Of a DNA stretch of 45,983 nt, positions 10,717 to 23,099 are shown piece by piece. The notes under the pieces are model-generated. The model was not told the DNA's origin. It saw nothing but the letters and a program-made list of their open reading frames with translations, and ran no database searches. Position numbers and translations under genes: made by a program. This DNA is from Octopus bimaculoides (Eukaryota): contig NC_068998.1 in the NCBI RefSeq assembly GCF_001194135.2, positions 43,775,245-43,821,227 of the forward strand. The letters are read 5' to 3'. Position 1 is the stretch's first letter, and each line of letters begins with the position of its first letter.

Positions 10717-11949
10717 TATGTTATATGAGTACATTACATGTGAGTTAAGCTGCAGCTTTTTAAGCTGACTCCTTCCTCCTTACAAATATTTAGTTTTGGG
10801 TTCTGTATTGAAATTATTTATATAATTTCTGAAAATTGTATGCCTTATTCTTGGCTAATCAGCCGAGATATGACAATAATAGTAGAGCAAGATTTAGATA
10901 GTTTCCAATTGTTGTGTCCACTTCAAGAGAATTAGTTCGAAGACAAATGAGAATGTTCTATTAGAAATTTGTATTAATAATTATGTTTTAATAACACAGA
11001 TGGTTGAATTGAAATTATTTAAATTTCATCGGCCAACATCATTGGTCGGTTAATGATATAGGCGGGGAAAGAACTGATTATGATGAAGAAATGCAAGAGT
11101 AAGAGGTGTAGGTGAAGGAGAATGAAGAGGAGGAGGAGCAGGAGGAGCAGGAGGGGTGATGATGATGATGATTAGGAGGAGGAGGAGGAGGGAAATGACA
11201 TGGTGATCATGAGAAAATAAGAAAGAAAACAATTTTCGGAAAATTAAAGGAAACAACAAAAAATTTGGAAAAATAGTGAATGAGTGGTGGGGGTGGGTGG
11301 GGGTGGAATAAGAAGAAAGAGAAGAGAGATTTTTTTTTTTAATTGAAGAACGAGAAGAAGGATTCAAAAATTTGAAGAAGATGGAGAATGCAAAAGATTA
11401 GCAAAAAGGAAGAATTTGAAAAACTAGAGAGGAAGAAGAAAAAGAAGAAGGAGGAGGAGGTGAAGGAGGACGTTGAGGAGGAGGTGGAGGAGAAGAAGAA
11501 GAAAAGAACAACAGCAAAAACAAGTAGTAGTAATAGTGGAAAAGTTTAAGAAGATGAGATAAATTTAAAAAGTTGAAGAACTGGATCTCTTTAAACAAGA
11601 AGAAGCAAAATTAGAAATATTGAAGGAGAAATCAGCAGATCGATGTGACACATTCTTCAAAAAAAAAAAAAAAAAGAAACCTGTTCACGGTGTAATATGT
11701 ATGATATTTTCTGTTATATTTTGTCATTGTTTAAAAGTAAAATGAAAAACAACTGAATAAACTAATTGAAAAACATAATTTCTCTCTCCTTTCCTTCCTT
11801 CCTGTCCGTCTGTCTGTCTCTCTCTCTCTCTTGTTCTTTCTCAGATTCTCTTTCGTTCTTTCTTCTTGATGATGTCACTTCTCCCCACAACCCTCAAATT
11901 TTGTACAATCTTAAAAGAAAACATCATGATTTAACTTTATCCATATGGT

Positions 11950-12003
<54 letters not shown>

Positions 12004-12046
12004 ATGCATGTATCTATCTATGTATTTGTGTATATATATATTTATA

Positions 12047-12080
<34 letters not shown>

Positions 12081-12811
12081 CACATATATACACATATATA
12101 CACACATATATACTATGTATTACATTATATTATGTCGTATTTGTTTTATTTGTTTTTACATTCATTCTACTTGTTTGCTTATTTGATATTATTTGTATTC
12201 TTTGTTGTTTCCTCTACTACTACTACCACCACCATCATCACCACTACTACCACTGTCATATCCCACCCACTGTCAACCTCTTCCCCCCCTCCTCCTGCTC
12301 TATCCTCTCCACTTCTATCATATTTCCTGACAGCATTTTTCCAACAGAATGTCACCTAAGCAATTTCCTTACTTATATAGCTTGAAGTATTGCAAGAAAA
12401 TTGATTCTGAAATGAAAATTTACATTGACATATCAATTACAGAGAATATGAGAGAGAGAGGGGCGAGGGAAAGAGGGAGATGGACAAAGACAGAGAGAGA
12501 GGGAGTGATTAGAAAGAAGATGTGTAGAGGCAATCTTTTCTTCCTCTCATCTTTCTCTTACATGAATAAGTAAAAATCAATCAATGGTTGAATAGATGCA
12601 GTATAGGAAGAGTGGTCAAGCAGTTCAGATCCCCTCGTCAGCATTGGACTGCACACGGAAACGTTATATGCTAGACACACATACATGCACTCACATAAAA
12701 ATACAAAAAAACTGAGAGGTGATGGGCAGGAAGAGGTAATATATCCAGTAACAACACCTTCTGTTAAAAAAATTAAAAAAATAAAAAAAACGGAAAAGAA
12801 GAGAAATATTT

Positions 12812-12982
12812 TTTCTACTTTAGATCGACCCCACTACACAACTGGTATTTAATTTGTCAAACCTGAAAGGATAAAAAGCAAAGTCGACCTCGGTGGAATT
12901 TGAACTCAGAACATAAAGACAGATGAAATACTGCTAAGCATTTTGCCCAGCATGCTAACGTTTCTGCCAGCTCACCACCTTT
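12812..12982 (-). mobile_element. SINE family B
   Basis: AAAGTCGACCTCGGTGGAATTTGAACTCAGAAC...CTAAGCATTTTGCCCAGCATGCTAACGTTTCTGCCAGCTCACCACC. Confidence 0.9.
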
Positions 12983-12989
12983 AATAATA

Positions 12990-13110
12990 AGCTTTTCTTC
13001 TCTAGGCCCAAGGCCTGAAATTTTGCAGGAGAGGGCCAGTCGATTAGATCAAACTCAGTATGCAACTGGTACTTAATTTATTGACCCCGAAAGGATGGAT
13101 CGCAAAGTCA
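12990..13110 (-). mobile_element. SINE family B, 3' part
   Basis: Matches 25037-25140 (CTAGGCNCAAGGCCNGAAATTTT...AGTCGATTAGATC...CAGTATGCAACTG). Confidence 0.8.
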
Positions 13111-13112
13111 AC

Positions 13113-13430
13113 CCTTCAGTCATGACTGACCATGGGATTGCACCTAGAAAGTTACCTTCCAAGGCAAGGTTGTTTTTGGAAGGCCAGCAGTTGCCCATGC
13201 ATACCAGCCTTCCTTCTCCACACCACTGATGTTATCCAAGGGAAAGGCAAAGGGGCCGATACAGTTTGGCACCATTGATGTCGCAACTCATTTCTACAGC
13301 TGAGTTAACGGGAGCAATGTGAAATAAAGTGTCTTGCACAAGAACACAACATGCAGAGTGGTCCAGGAATCAAACTGACAACCTCACAATCATAAGCTTG
13401 ATGCTCTAACCACTGAGCCATTCGCCTTCA
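13113..13430 (-). mobile_element. SINE family C (tRNA-derived head), near full length
   Basis: The minus strand begins GAAGGCGAATGGCTCAGTGGTTAGAGCATC (A box), followed by a B-box-like segment and GTGTTCTTGTGCAAGACACTT, a common post-tRNA SINE segment. Confidence 0.8.
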
Positions 13431-13752
13431 CGATATAATATACTGTATAATATAATATAATATAATAAAGTATAACATAATATCATATAATATGGTAAAT
13501 ACATATAATAGTATAGTTAACAATAAATGTATGCCAGTATGCCTTAGCCCTGAATGTATGTGTTTGGAAAATTTAAGAACAAAAACATTCACACACAGAT
13601 ACCCACTCAACATAAAATACTGTACATAAATAGTTTGTGTAAAGGTTAGTGACATTCTGTAAATGAAAGGAATATTTTTTAAGTAGATAACTTAAAAAAA
13701 AACTCTTTTCCTGTTTATTGTAACTTGTATGAAATACAAACGCCTTTATATA

Positions 13753-13793
13753 TCATCATCATCATCATCGTTTAACGTCCGCTTTCCATGCTA
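13753..13793 (-). mobile_element. RTE LINE 3' tail with (GAT)n
   Basis: The minus strand reads TAGCATGGAAAGCGGACGTTAAACGATGATGATGATGATGA, the same tail as at 37100-37150. Confidence 0.75.
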
Positions 13794-14179
13794 NNNNNNN
13801 NNNNNNNNNNNNNNNNNNNNNNNNNNNNNNNNNNNNNNNNNNNNNNNNNNNNNNNNNNNNNNNNNNNNNNNNNNNNNNNNNNNNNNNNNNNNNNNNNNNN
13901 NNNNNNNNNNNNNNNNNNNNNNNNNNNNNNNNNNNNNNNNNNNNNNNNNNNNNNNNNNNNNNNNNNNNNNNNNNNNNNNNNNNNNNNNNNNNNNNNNNNN
14001 NNNNNNNNNNNNNNNNNNNNNNNNNNNNNNNNNNNNNNNNNNNNNNNNNNNNNNNNNNNNNNNNNNNNNNNNNNNNNNNNNNNNNNNNNNNNNNNNNNNN
14101 NNNNNNNNNNNNNNNNNNNNNNNNNNNNNNNNNNNNNNNNNNNNNNNNNNNNNNNNNNNNNNNNNNNNNNNNNNNNNNN

Positions 14180-14583
14180 ATTTGTCTGCCTTCCTACTTA
14201 CTATGACTTTGGTTTTTGCTAAGTTAACTCTAAGGCCCTTTGAATCTAGACCTTGTTCCCATACCTGGAACTTCTCAAGTAGTGATTCAGCTACAAGCGC
14301 AAAGTAATCAACATAGAAGATCTCCCAGAGGCAGCCTGTCTTGAATTCCTCTTTTATTGCCTAGAGGACTGTGATGAACAGGAGGGGGCTGAGCACCGGT
14401 CCTTGGCGAACCCCTACTTGTACCCTAAATTCTTTGCTGTATTCATTGCCCACTCTCGACTTACTGATAGCATCCCTGTACAAGGCATGTACAGCTCTCA
14501 CCAACCACTCATGTATCCCTAGTTTCCGCAATGACTACCAGATAAGGGATCAGAGGACTCTGTTAAAAGTTTTCTCCAAGTCA
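14180..14583 (-). mobile_element. RTE-clade LINE reverse transcriptase fragment (pseudogenised)
   Basis: Translates to DLEKTFNRV...LRKLGIHEWLVRAV...RQGPVLSPLLFITVL*AIKEEFKTGCLWEIFYVDYFALVAES...KGLRVNLAKTKV. These are the DLEKAFD, QGSVLSP, YADD and NxxKTK motifs, with stops and a frameshift. Confidence 0.9.
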
Positions 14584-15169
14584 ATATATTTATATTTTAT
14601 TAATAAAGCTGCAAAGACATCGGAAATATTTATCATTTGTAAAAACTCTAATATGTATGTAAAAGTTGAACAATAAGATTGAATGCTCAACACCACATTG
14701 GTGGATAAAATTTCATTATTTGTGTATTAAAGCTACCATTGGTTTCATGTTAAGCCAATTATCTTAATATCCTAGCAATTCTTCAAACCAATCACATAGA
14801 TGAATGGTGTTCATCTCCACTTATACATATATAAAATATCGAACACACATACACATGGTAAGTGTTTTGTTAGTTCATGGGCTGGCTGCACTTATAGGTG
14901 TAAGAGAATATATTCTCATTAATGCACTTGGCATTAAAACACTAAGAAGTCCTAGACAACAGAGGTAACTCGTACTCAATCCCATTCAGGAGAAATAGAC
15001 ATTGATGTTTCCTCACTTATGTGATGTATCAATACTGCATACCCGAAACAAGGACCAAAGCAAGCTAAATCGCTGTCTATGATTGTGTGTGTGTGTGTGT
15101 GTATGTGTGTGTGTGTGTGTGTGTATGTGTGTGTGTGTGTGTATGTGTGTGTGTGTTGGGGAGGTGATG

Positions 15170-15372
15170 GTGTGTTTTTGTCATTGTATTTGTATCTGTT
15201 TCCCCATCCCACCAATGTTGGTTTCTTTACATCCCCATAACTTAGCACTATGATAAAGGGCTTGATAAAACATGTACCAACTTTTTAAGAAATAATTACT
15301 GGTTTTGGTCTGTGTGAGTAAACCCTTCAAGATGGTGCCCCAGCATGGCCACAGATGAATAACTGAAACAAG
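15170..15372 (+). mobile_element. SINE family A, degenerate 3' half
   Basis: TTACATCCCCATAACTTAGC...GTGCCCCAGCATGGCCACAG...AACTGAAACAAGTA. Confidence 0.7.
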
Positions 15373-15951
15373 TAGATGGCAGGGGCTGAGATAAAAGATA
15401 AGCATCTGATCAACTTTTTGTTGGCATTTCCTCAGTAACATTTTATATAAGTGACAGTATGGAAGCCAAACATAATGCACATCCTTGCGATGAGGTTGTG
15501 AAAGTCTAGAAGCAATTGATGATGGATCTAAGAAATTTATTGTTCCATATAAATTGCCAAAAGCTTATAAAGAAATACAAAGAAAAAAATATTTAATAAA
15601 AAATAACAGTGGGATATAGTTATGTTTTTCATAACACACATATTATATTATATATATGTATAATATTCACAAACACATTTATGTATGTATATACATACAT
15701 AAATACATATATATATATATATATATANNNNNNNNNNNNNNNNNNNNNNNNNNNNNNNNNNNNNNNNNNNNNNNNNNNNNNNNNNNNNNNNNNNNNNNNN
15801 NNNNNNNNNNNNNNNNNNNNNNNNNNNNNNNNNNNNNNNNNNNNNNNNNNNNNNNNNNNNNNNNNNNNNNNNNNNNNNNNNNNNNNNNNNNNNNNNNNNN
15901 NNNNNNNNNNNNNNNNNNNNNNNNNNNNNNNNNNNNNNNNNNNNNNNNNNN

Positions 15952-16005
<54 letters not shown>

Positions 16006-17552
16006 GAGAGAGAGAAAGAAATATACACACCCACATACATGCATATATATGTGGAGGGTAAATATCGTATATAAATATATGTACGTACATGCATATATAT
16101 ATGTGTGTATCTAGACATAGGTATGTGTGTGTTTGTGTGCATATATGTATGCGTGGATGTAAACGTATATGCACACACAAAAACATTATATTTGCATTGT
16201 GTATTGCTTTCATATTTCAATCTTTTTGTCTCCTAAGACATAAGAGGCAAACAAAAAAACAAAAAATAAAACCTCTTAATTTTCTAAAAGGTAGCAACAA
16301 AAATGCAAAACGCAAAAAAAGAAAGAACAGAAAAAAAAACAACAAAAAAACAACATTAAATAAGATTAATAAGTGTTGAAAGAATCTAAAAATAAAGACT
16401 TTCGGATAAAAAGAAAGCAACAAAAAAAACTGAAACAAGTATCTAGATCATTCTTTGAGAACCAAATTTTAAAGGCGCCATCACTTTATATATGTAGTTA
16501 CTCATTTTTGTAATATACGTTTTATTTTTGCTTTATAGTGTTTTCATTATATAATGTTGGTAAATAGAGACTTCTAGTAGCTGGAACAAAGTAAAATATA
16601 AACGTGTGTCCTTTGTTACTATTGTTTTTTTTTTTTGCTGACATAGTAGACATTATTCATTTTTTGTTGTTTTTATTTTTTATTTTTGTTTTTTGTTTTT
16701 TTCTACAGGGGTAGTGGTTTTTGTCTCCTTGTATTAAGTTTTTTTTTTCTTTTGTCTGCTTCCTCTCCTGGCTATGGCAGTTTTAGAAGTCATGCTCAGT
16801 ATTTTAGGGTATTTTCTGTTTTTTTTTTATATTTTTATATTCTTTTTGTGAATTTTCATTTTACAGTTATTGTTTGTTTTGTTTTTTTGTTATTGTCAGG
16901 AATTTTTGCAGAAGCTGGCAAGTGATTTATTTTGTTTCAAAATTCTTTTGTTGTTGTTATTATTATTATTATTATTATATTACAACAAACACTTCATGTT
17001 TATTACTATAAGCAGAGATGCGCAGATATATCGCTTCCCACACACTAGCAGAGACATGCTGTAACTTCAATAAATTTCATCATGGCTACACCTTTTGCAC
17101 AGAACATGTCACATGTCACCTGTCATGTGACATATCTACTTCCAGATTCAGACATGTCTTCACTCTGTACTACTTAAAGTGAACAGAAAGCTTTAGGCAT
17201 GTAACAGAAAGCTTTAGGCAAGCCACATTATCTGAAAACAATATCGCATAATACACTCAAACTGTTTTCTCATTAAGATTAGTCATATTTTGCAAGCAAA
17301 AAAAGAAAAATAGAAATCCATAAATAGCTGTGAGCCCATTGTGCTTTATTAATTGAAGTGTTTGTGAAAACTTAACTAGCTTTTGTCAGTTACTGCCAGG
17401 TGCCGCCTTTCAGCTAAAGAGACAACTTTCAGTCAATAATATCCAAGAATTGGGAGAAATTTTTGTCTGCTACATTATGGTATTACTGCATAGAATTTTA
17501 TAGCGACCTAAAGAAATGTATTGCAATAATACATTCTTTTTCATTCAAATAT

Positions 17553-17768
17553 GGCAGTGAGCTGGCAGATATCTTAGCATGCTAGGCAAAATGCTTAGCA
17601 GCATTTTGTCCATCTTCAAGTTCTGAGATCAAACACCACCAGGGTCAACTTTGTTGTTCATCCTTCCGAGGTCAATAACATAAATACCAGTTGAACACTG
17701 GGGGTGATGGAATCGACTTAACACCCCTCCCCCAGAAAATGCTGGGCTTGTGTCAAAATTTGAAATAA
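17553..17768 (+). mobile_element. SINE family B
   Basis: GGCAGTGAGCTGGCAGA...AAAATGCTTAGC...GTTCTGAGATCAAA...GTGTCAAAATTTGAAA. Confidence 0.85.
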
Positions 17769-17811
17769 AAAATAGATTCCTTCTCATTCAAATAAAAAAT
17801 TTGTGATTATA

Positions 17812-17973
17812 AGCGCAGGAATGGTTGTGTGGTAAGAAGTTTCCTTCCCAACCACAAGGTTTCAGGTTCACCCTCTTTGCATGGCACCTTGGGCAAGTGT
17901 CTTCTACTATTGCTCCGGGCTGACCAAAGCCTTGTGGGTGGATTTGGTAGACAGAAACTGAAAGAAGCCCGTT

Positions 17974-17975
<2 letters not shown>
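17812..17975 (+). mobile_element. SINE family A, 5' half running into (TA)n and a gap
   Basis: GCGCAGGAATGGTTGTGTGGTAAGAAG...CACCTTGGGCAAGTGTCTTCTAC...GGATTTGGTAGACAGAAACTGAAAGAAGCCCG. Confidence 0.9.
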
Positions 17976-18023
<48 letters not shown>

Positions 18024-18706
18024 NNNNNNNNNNNNNNNNNNNNNNNNNNNNNNNNNNNNNNNNNNNNNNNNNNNNNNNNNNNNNNNNNNNNNNNNNNNNN
18101 NNNNNNNNNNNNNNNNNNNNNNNNNNNNNNNNNNNNNNNNNNNNNNNNNNNNNNNNNNNNNNNNNNNNNNNNNNNNNNNNNNNNNNNNNNNNNNNNNNNN
18201 NNNNNNNNNNNNNNNNNNNNNNNNNNNNNNNNNNNNNNNNNNNNNNNAAAAAAAAAAAAAACGTGTGTATTACTTCTTTTTTTTTAAATACCCAGAGTGA
18301 AGATTCTAAAAACATAGAGCTTGCAAGCAATTTAATTACTTGAATTAGATTGTTATTTTGTTGGAAAGATTTGTCTGTCATTTTGTACCCTTGTGTCATT
18401 TAATATATTTTATGTAACATTATCTGTACTTATGAAATGACACACTCTCCATTTCAAATCAGTCATGTGTTGCTCCATTAACCTTTCGTTTTCATCTCCT
18501 TAAATCTCAACAACAGTTTTTCCTTCTTACCTCTTTCAGCAACAGCTGGTACAACCACTTATCAACATCTTACAATATTAGAATTATTTTATGGTTTCAT
18601 TTTATGTTTATACTAACATTTATTTCTTTCTCTTTGTCTCATTTTTCTTTAAATGGTGACTTTGTTTTTCATTTCTGTTGAGAGGGATAACATTTAGTCA
18701 AAGACA

Positions 18707-18747
<41 letters not shown>

Positions 18748-18814
18748 CATCTATATATATGTAGATACATACATAGATGCATGTATGCATATGTATTCAA
18801 TCATCTGTTTTATG

Positions 18815-18910
18815 TCCATTTTTTTTATGTCAGCATGGGTCGGATGAATACTTATTCTTCAGGTGTCATTTTATAACTGGATGTCCTTCCTGCCAATAAC
18901 CCAAACCTGT
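18815..18910 (-). mobile_element. RTE-tail-related repeat fragment
   Basis: GCATGGGTCGGATG...ACTGGATGTCCTTCCTGCC resembles 36670-36775. Confidence 0.5.
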
Positions 18911-19067
18911 GTTTCAAGCTAGGGATTTTATATTTCCTGTGTCTTTGAAAGTGCAGAGTAACAGGACAGTTTCTTAACTGGGAGTGCCAACATAATATTG
19001 CCATTATTTTTGTTCTAACAGTTTCTTACAAAGATGCATAATGCAAATGTTCACATTAACACATACA

Positions 19068-19114
<47 letters not shown>

Positions 19115-19207
19115 ATAGACACACACATACAGATATACTACATATACATATGTATATATATATATATATATATATACATATCTATATATATACTACATAT
19201 TTATATG

Positions 19208-19267
<60 letters not shown>

Positions 19268-19699
19268 TACACACACACACACAATGTATATATATATAGA
19301 GAGAGAAAGTGGGAGATAAAGACAGGGAGAGAGAAAAAAAATTATCCATGTTGCAATCCAGACATAAAAGCTCAGCCCAAAATAATGATATCCTAGAGAT
19401 TGCTTTGAGGACCGATATTATTGTTATTTCAAAGGTCTTTCTTCACTCTCACTGAAAGAAGAAAGAATATTATCACTTAGTAAGCAATACAAGAGTGATA
19501 TTTCATGGATGCCTATCATTAGATCATATCTCCATATCTGTGTATGTGTGTGCGTGCATGTGTGTATTTATATATGCATGCACATGTAGCATATACATAT
19601 ATGCCTGTGAATATGTGTATACACATGCACACACACACATATATTACACACACGCATACACACACATATATATAATTTATCTTTATCTTCCTTCTAACT

Positions 19700-20098
19700 G
19701 TTTTGCTCATTAGATGGCAACCATGCTGGGGCAGCGCCTTCAGGAACTTTTAGTCAAATTAATTGACTCCACTACTTGTCTTTTCTTAAGCCTGATCCAT
19801 ATTCTATCAGTTTCTTTTTGCCAAACCACTAAGTTACAAGGACATAAAGAAACCAACACCAGTTGTTAAGTGGTGGTGGACAAACACAGAAACAAAGACG
19901 CACATACACACATATGTATACATATATATATACACGTGATAGGCTTCTTTCAGTTTCTCTCTGCCAAATCCACTCACAGAGTTTGGTCAGCCTGAGGCTG
20001 TAGTAGAAGACATATGTCCAAGATGCCATGCAGTGGGACTGAACCCAGAACCCAAAAATTAGAAAACTAGCTTCTCTACCAAAGAGCAATACTTGCAC
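19700..20098 (-). mobile_element. SINE family A, near full length, diverged
   Basis: Both the 3' block and GGCTTCTTTCAGTTTC...CAAATCCACTCAC...GCAGTGGGACTGAACCC are present. Confidence 0.85.
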
Positions 20099-20360
20099 GC
20101 ATACACACGCACACACTCACATACACACACACACACACACATGCATGCATGTAATATACATAGATTAGTTTGTATATCTGCCTGAACATACATGCATATT
20201 TATGCATAAATCTATATACATGCACATATATATGCATAAATACATACTTGCATACAAAGATATATACATACATGCATATACAGACACACAGACATATGCA
20301 TGTTTAAAATATTCTTGTATTAGTTTGTGCAGCTGCCTGTACACACACATGCATATATAC

Positions 20361-20403
<43 letters not shown>

Positions 20404-20654
20404 NNNNNNNNNNNNNNNNNNNNNNNNNNNNNNNNNNNNNNNNNNNNNNNNNNNNNNNNNNNNNNNNNNNNNNNNNNNNNNNNNNNNNNNNNNNNNNNNN
20501 NNNNNNNNNNNNNNNNNNNNNNNNNNNNNNNNNNNNNNNNNNNNNNNNNNNNNNNNNNNNNNNNNNNNNNNNNNNNNNNNNNNNNNNNNNNNNNNNNNNN
20601 NNNNNNNNNNNNNNNNNNNNNNNNNNNNNNNNNNNNNNNNNNNNNNNNNNNNNN

Positions 20655-20990
20655 ACATATATACAAAAATATATATACTACATGCATACATACACACATA
20701 CACATAACCGCAGACCCACACACACATGCACATATATACAAAAATATATATACTACATGCATACATACACACATACACATAACCGCACACACACACATAC
20801 ATGCACATATATACAAAAATATATATACTACATGCATACATACACACATACACATAAACGCACAGACACACATACATGCACATATATACAAAAATATATA
20901 TACTACATGCATACATACACAGATACACATAACCGCACAGATACACATACATGCAAATATATACATAAATATATATACATACATGCACAC
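20655..20990. repeat. 75-bp minisatellite, four full units plus a partial one, abutting a gap
   Basis: The unit ACATATATACAAAAATATATATACTACATGCATACATACAC...CATGC starts at 20655, 20730, 20805 and 20880. It appears as a 25-aa periodicity in the ORF track. Confidence 0.95.
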
Positions 20991-21269
20991 ACTCACACAT
21001 GCTATCACTACATACTTTTACAGACATTATCAATGAGATCCAGTTTGATTAATTATCAGTTCATGAGTTTAATTTAACTCCCATAATTATTACTATCCTG
21101 AAGTGATATGATTCTTAATCTAAACATTGCCTATACGATATCACATAATAGGTACTGATAAACATATCTGTGTTAACGCATCTGTTTTTAAGTGTTTATA
21201 GATGCTATAGTTTTTTGTTGATTGTAATTAATATTTAATCTGATTGCTTATCAAACAAATGGATCCAAG

Positions 21270-22460
21270 TTCAGTTCTACTGTGTGGCACCTTGGGCAAG
21301 CGTCTTTCACTGTACACTCAGGCTGACCAAAGCCATGTGAGTGGATTTAGTGGATGGAAACTGAAAGAATCCCATCATATATATATATATATATATATAN
21401 NNNNNNNNNNNNNNNNNNNNNNNNNNNNNNNNNNNNNNNNNNNNNNNNNNNNNNNNNNNNNNNNNNNNNNNNNNNNNNNNNNNNNNNNNNNNNNNNNNNN
21501 NNNNNNNNNNNNNNNNNNNNNNNNNNNNNNNNNNNNNNNNNNNNNNNNNNNNNNNNNNNNNNNNNNNNNNNNNNNNNNNNNNNNNNNNNNNNNNNNNNNN
21601 NNNNNNNNNNNNNNNNNNNNNNNNNNNNNNNNNNNNNNNNNNNNNNNNNNNNNNNNNNNNNNNNNNNNNNNNNNNNNNNNNNNNNNNNNNNNNNNNNNNN
21701 NNNNNNNNNNNNNNNNNNNNNNNNNNNNNNNNNNNNNNNNNNNNNNNNNNNNNNNNNNNNNNNNNNNNNNNNNNNNNNNNNNNNNNNNNNNNNNNNNNNN
21801 NNNNNNNNNNNNNNNNNNNNNNNNNNNNNNNNNNNNNNNNNNNNNNNNNNNNNNNNNNNNNNNNNNNNNNNNNNNNNNNNNNNNNNNNNNNNNNNNNNNN
21901 NNNNNNNNNNNNNNNNNNNNNNNNNNNNNNNNNNNNNNNNNNNNNNNNNNNNNNNNNNNNNNNNNNNNNNNNNNNNNNNNNNNNNNNNNNNNNNNNNNNN
22001 NNNNNNNNNNNNNNNNNNNNNNNNNNNNNNNNNNNNNNNNNNNNNNNNNNNNNNNNNNNNNNNNNNNNNNNNNNNNNNNNNNNNNNNNNNNNNNNNNNNN
22101 NNNNNNNNNNNNNNNNNNNNNNNNNNNNNNNNNNNNNNNNNNNNNNNNNNNNNNNNNNNNNNNNNNNNNNNNNNNNNNNNNNNNNNNNNNNNNNNNNNNN
22201 NNNNNNNNNNNNNNNNNNNNNNNNNNNNNNNNNNNNNNNNNNNNNNNNNNNNNNNNNNNNNNNNNNNNNNNNNNNNNNNNNNNNNNNNNNNNNNNNNNNN
22301 NNNNNNNNNNNATATATATATATATATATATATACATACATATATATGTGTGTGTCTTTGTGATTGCTGTGTTTGTTACCCTCCCACCATTTGAGAACTG
22401 GTGTTGGTATATTTACATCCTGTAACTTAGAAGTTAAGCAAAAGTGACCAATAGAACATT
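21270..22460 (+). mobile_element. SINE family A spanning a gap at its internal (TA)n
   Basis: The 5' part (GTGGCACCTTGGGCAAG...GGAAACTGAAAGAATCCC) precedes the gap. The 3' part (TGGTGTTGGTATATTTACATCCTGTAACTTAG) follows it. Confidence 0.75.
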
Positions 22461-22589
22461 GTTTGGTAAAAGACAGCCAAAATAGGACATTTCTGATGAT
22501 ATATCTGGTTGATCAAAAAAAATGACCTGGGACTAAACAATGAAGTAAAAAGCAGAAAAGCTATCATTACTGCTGCCTACTAGTTTTTC

Positions 22590-22760
22590 TTCCCGCTAGA
22601 AATAACAGTCAAACCTTCCTCAAATCACACACATCCTACAATATTAAAAACCATGTGTAAACACTGGAAAATATTGTCCTAGAATGATAACACAGTCACA
22701 GATCTGTTCAAAACAGGACTGACCTAAAGCTATACAACAACAACAACAACAGCGACAACA
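22590..22760 (+). mobile_element. Interspersed repeat family D fragment with (CAA)n tail
   Basis: GCTAGAAATAACAGTCAAACC...CTAAAGCTATACAACAACAAC. Confidence 0.45.
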
Positions 22761-23062
22761 AATCTCTCTATACCTTCATTCATTTATTAAACACTATATA
22801 GAAAGGACTTGTTTTTATATACTTTTTATTTTTTTTCTTCGTCTTTTTGCTTTTAAATATCTATTTCTAATTTTCCTTGTTCTTTACTACCAACTACATT
22901 TAACAATATCAAAGTCGTCTTTCATTGTACATCTACAACCTGTACATGGAGACTATATTGAAGTATAATAGTGAATGTATCATAGTTGTTTGACAAAGGA
23001 CTTTAATACTGTTAACAGTAGGAAATAAAGAATTTACACATATTATATTGTATATATATATG

Positions 23063-23099
<37 letters not shown>

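Noticed and set aside
12620-12645. CTGACGA on the minus strand as a third hammerhead
   Set aside because: It is followed by GAAC rather than GAAA and has no stem I or stem III pairing. Other CTGAYGA hits (about 22497, 31314, 33870, 37550) also lack a downstream GAAA/NUH.
20202-22425. Longest ORFs in the track (230-390 aa)
   Set aside because: They consist of N gaps, (TA)n tracts and the 75-bp minisatellite.
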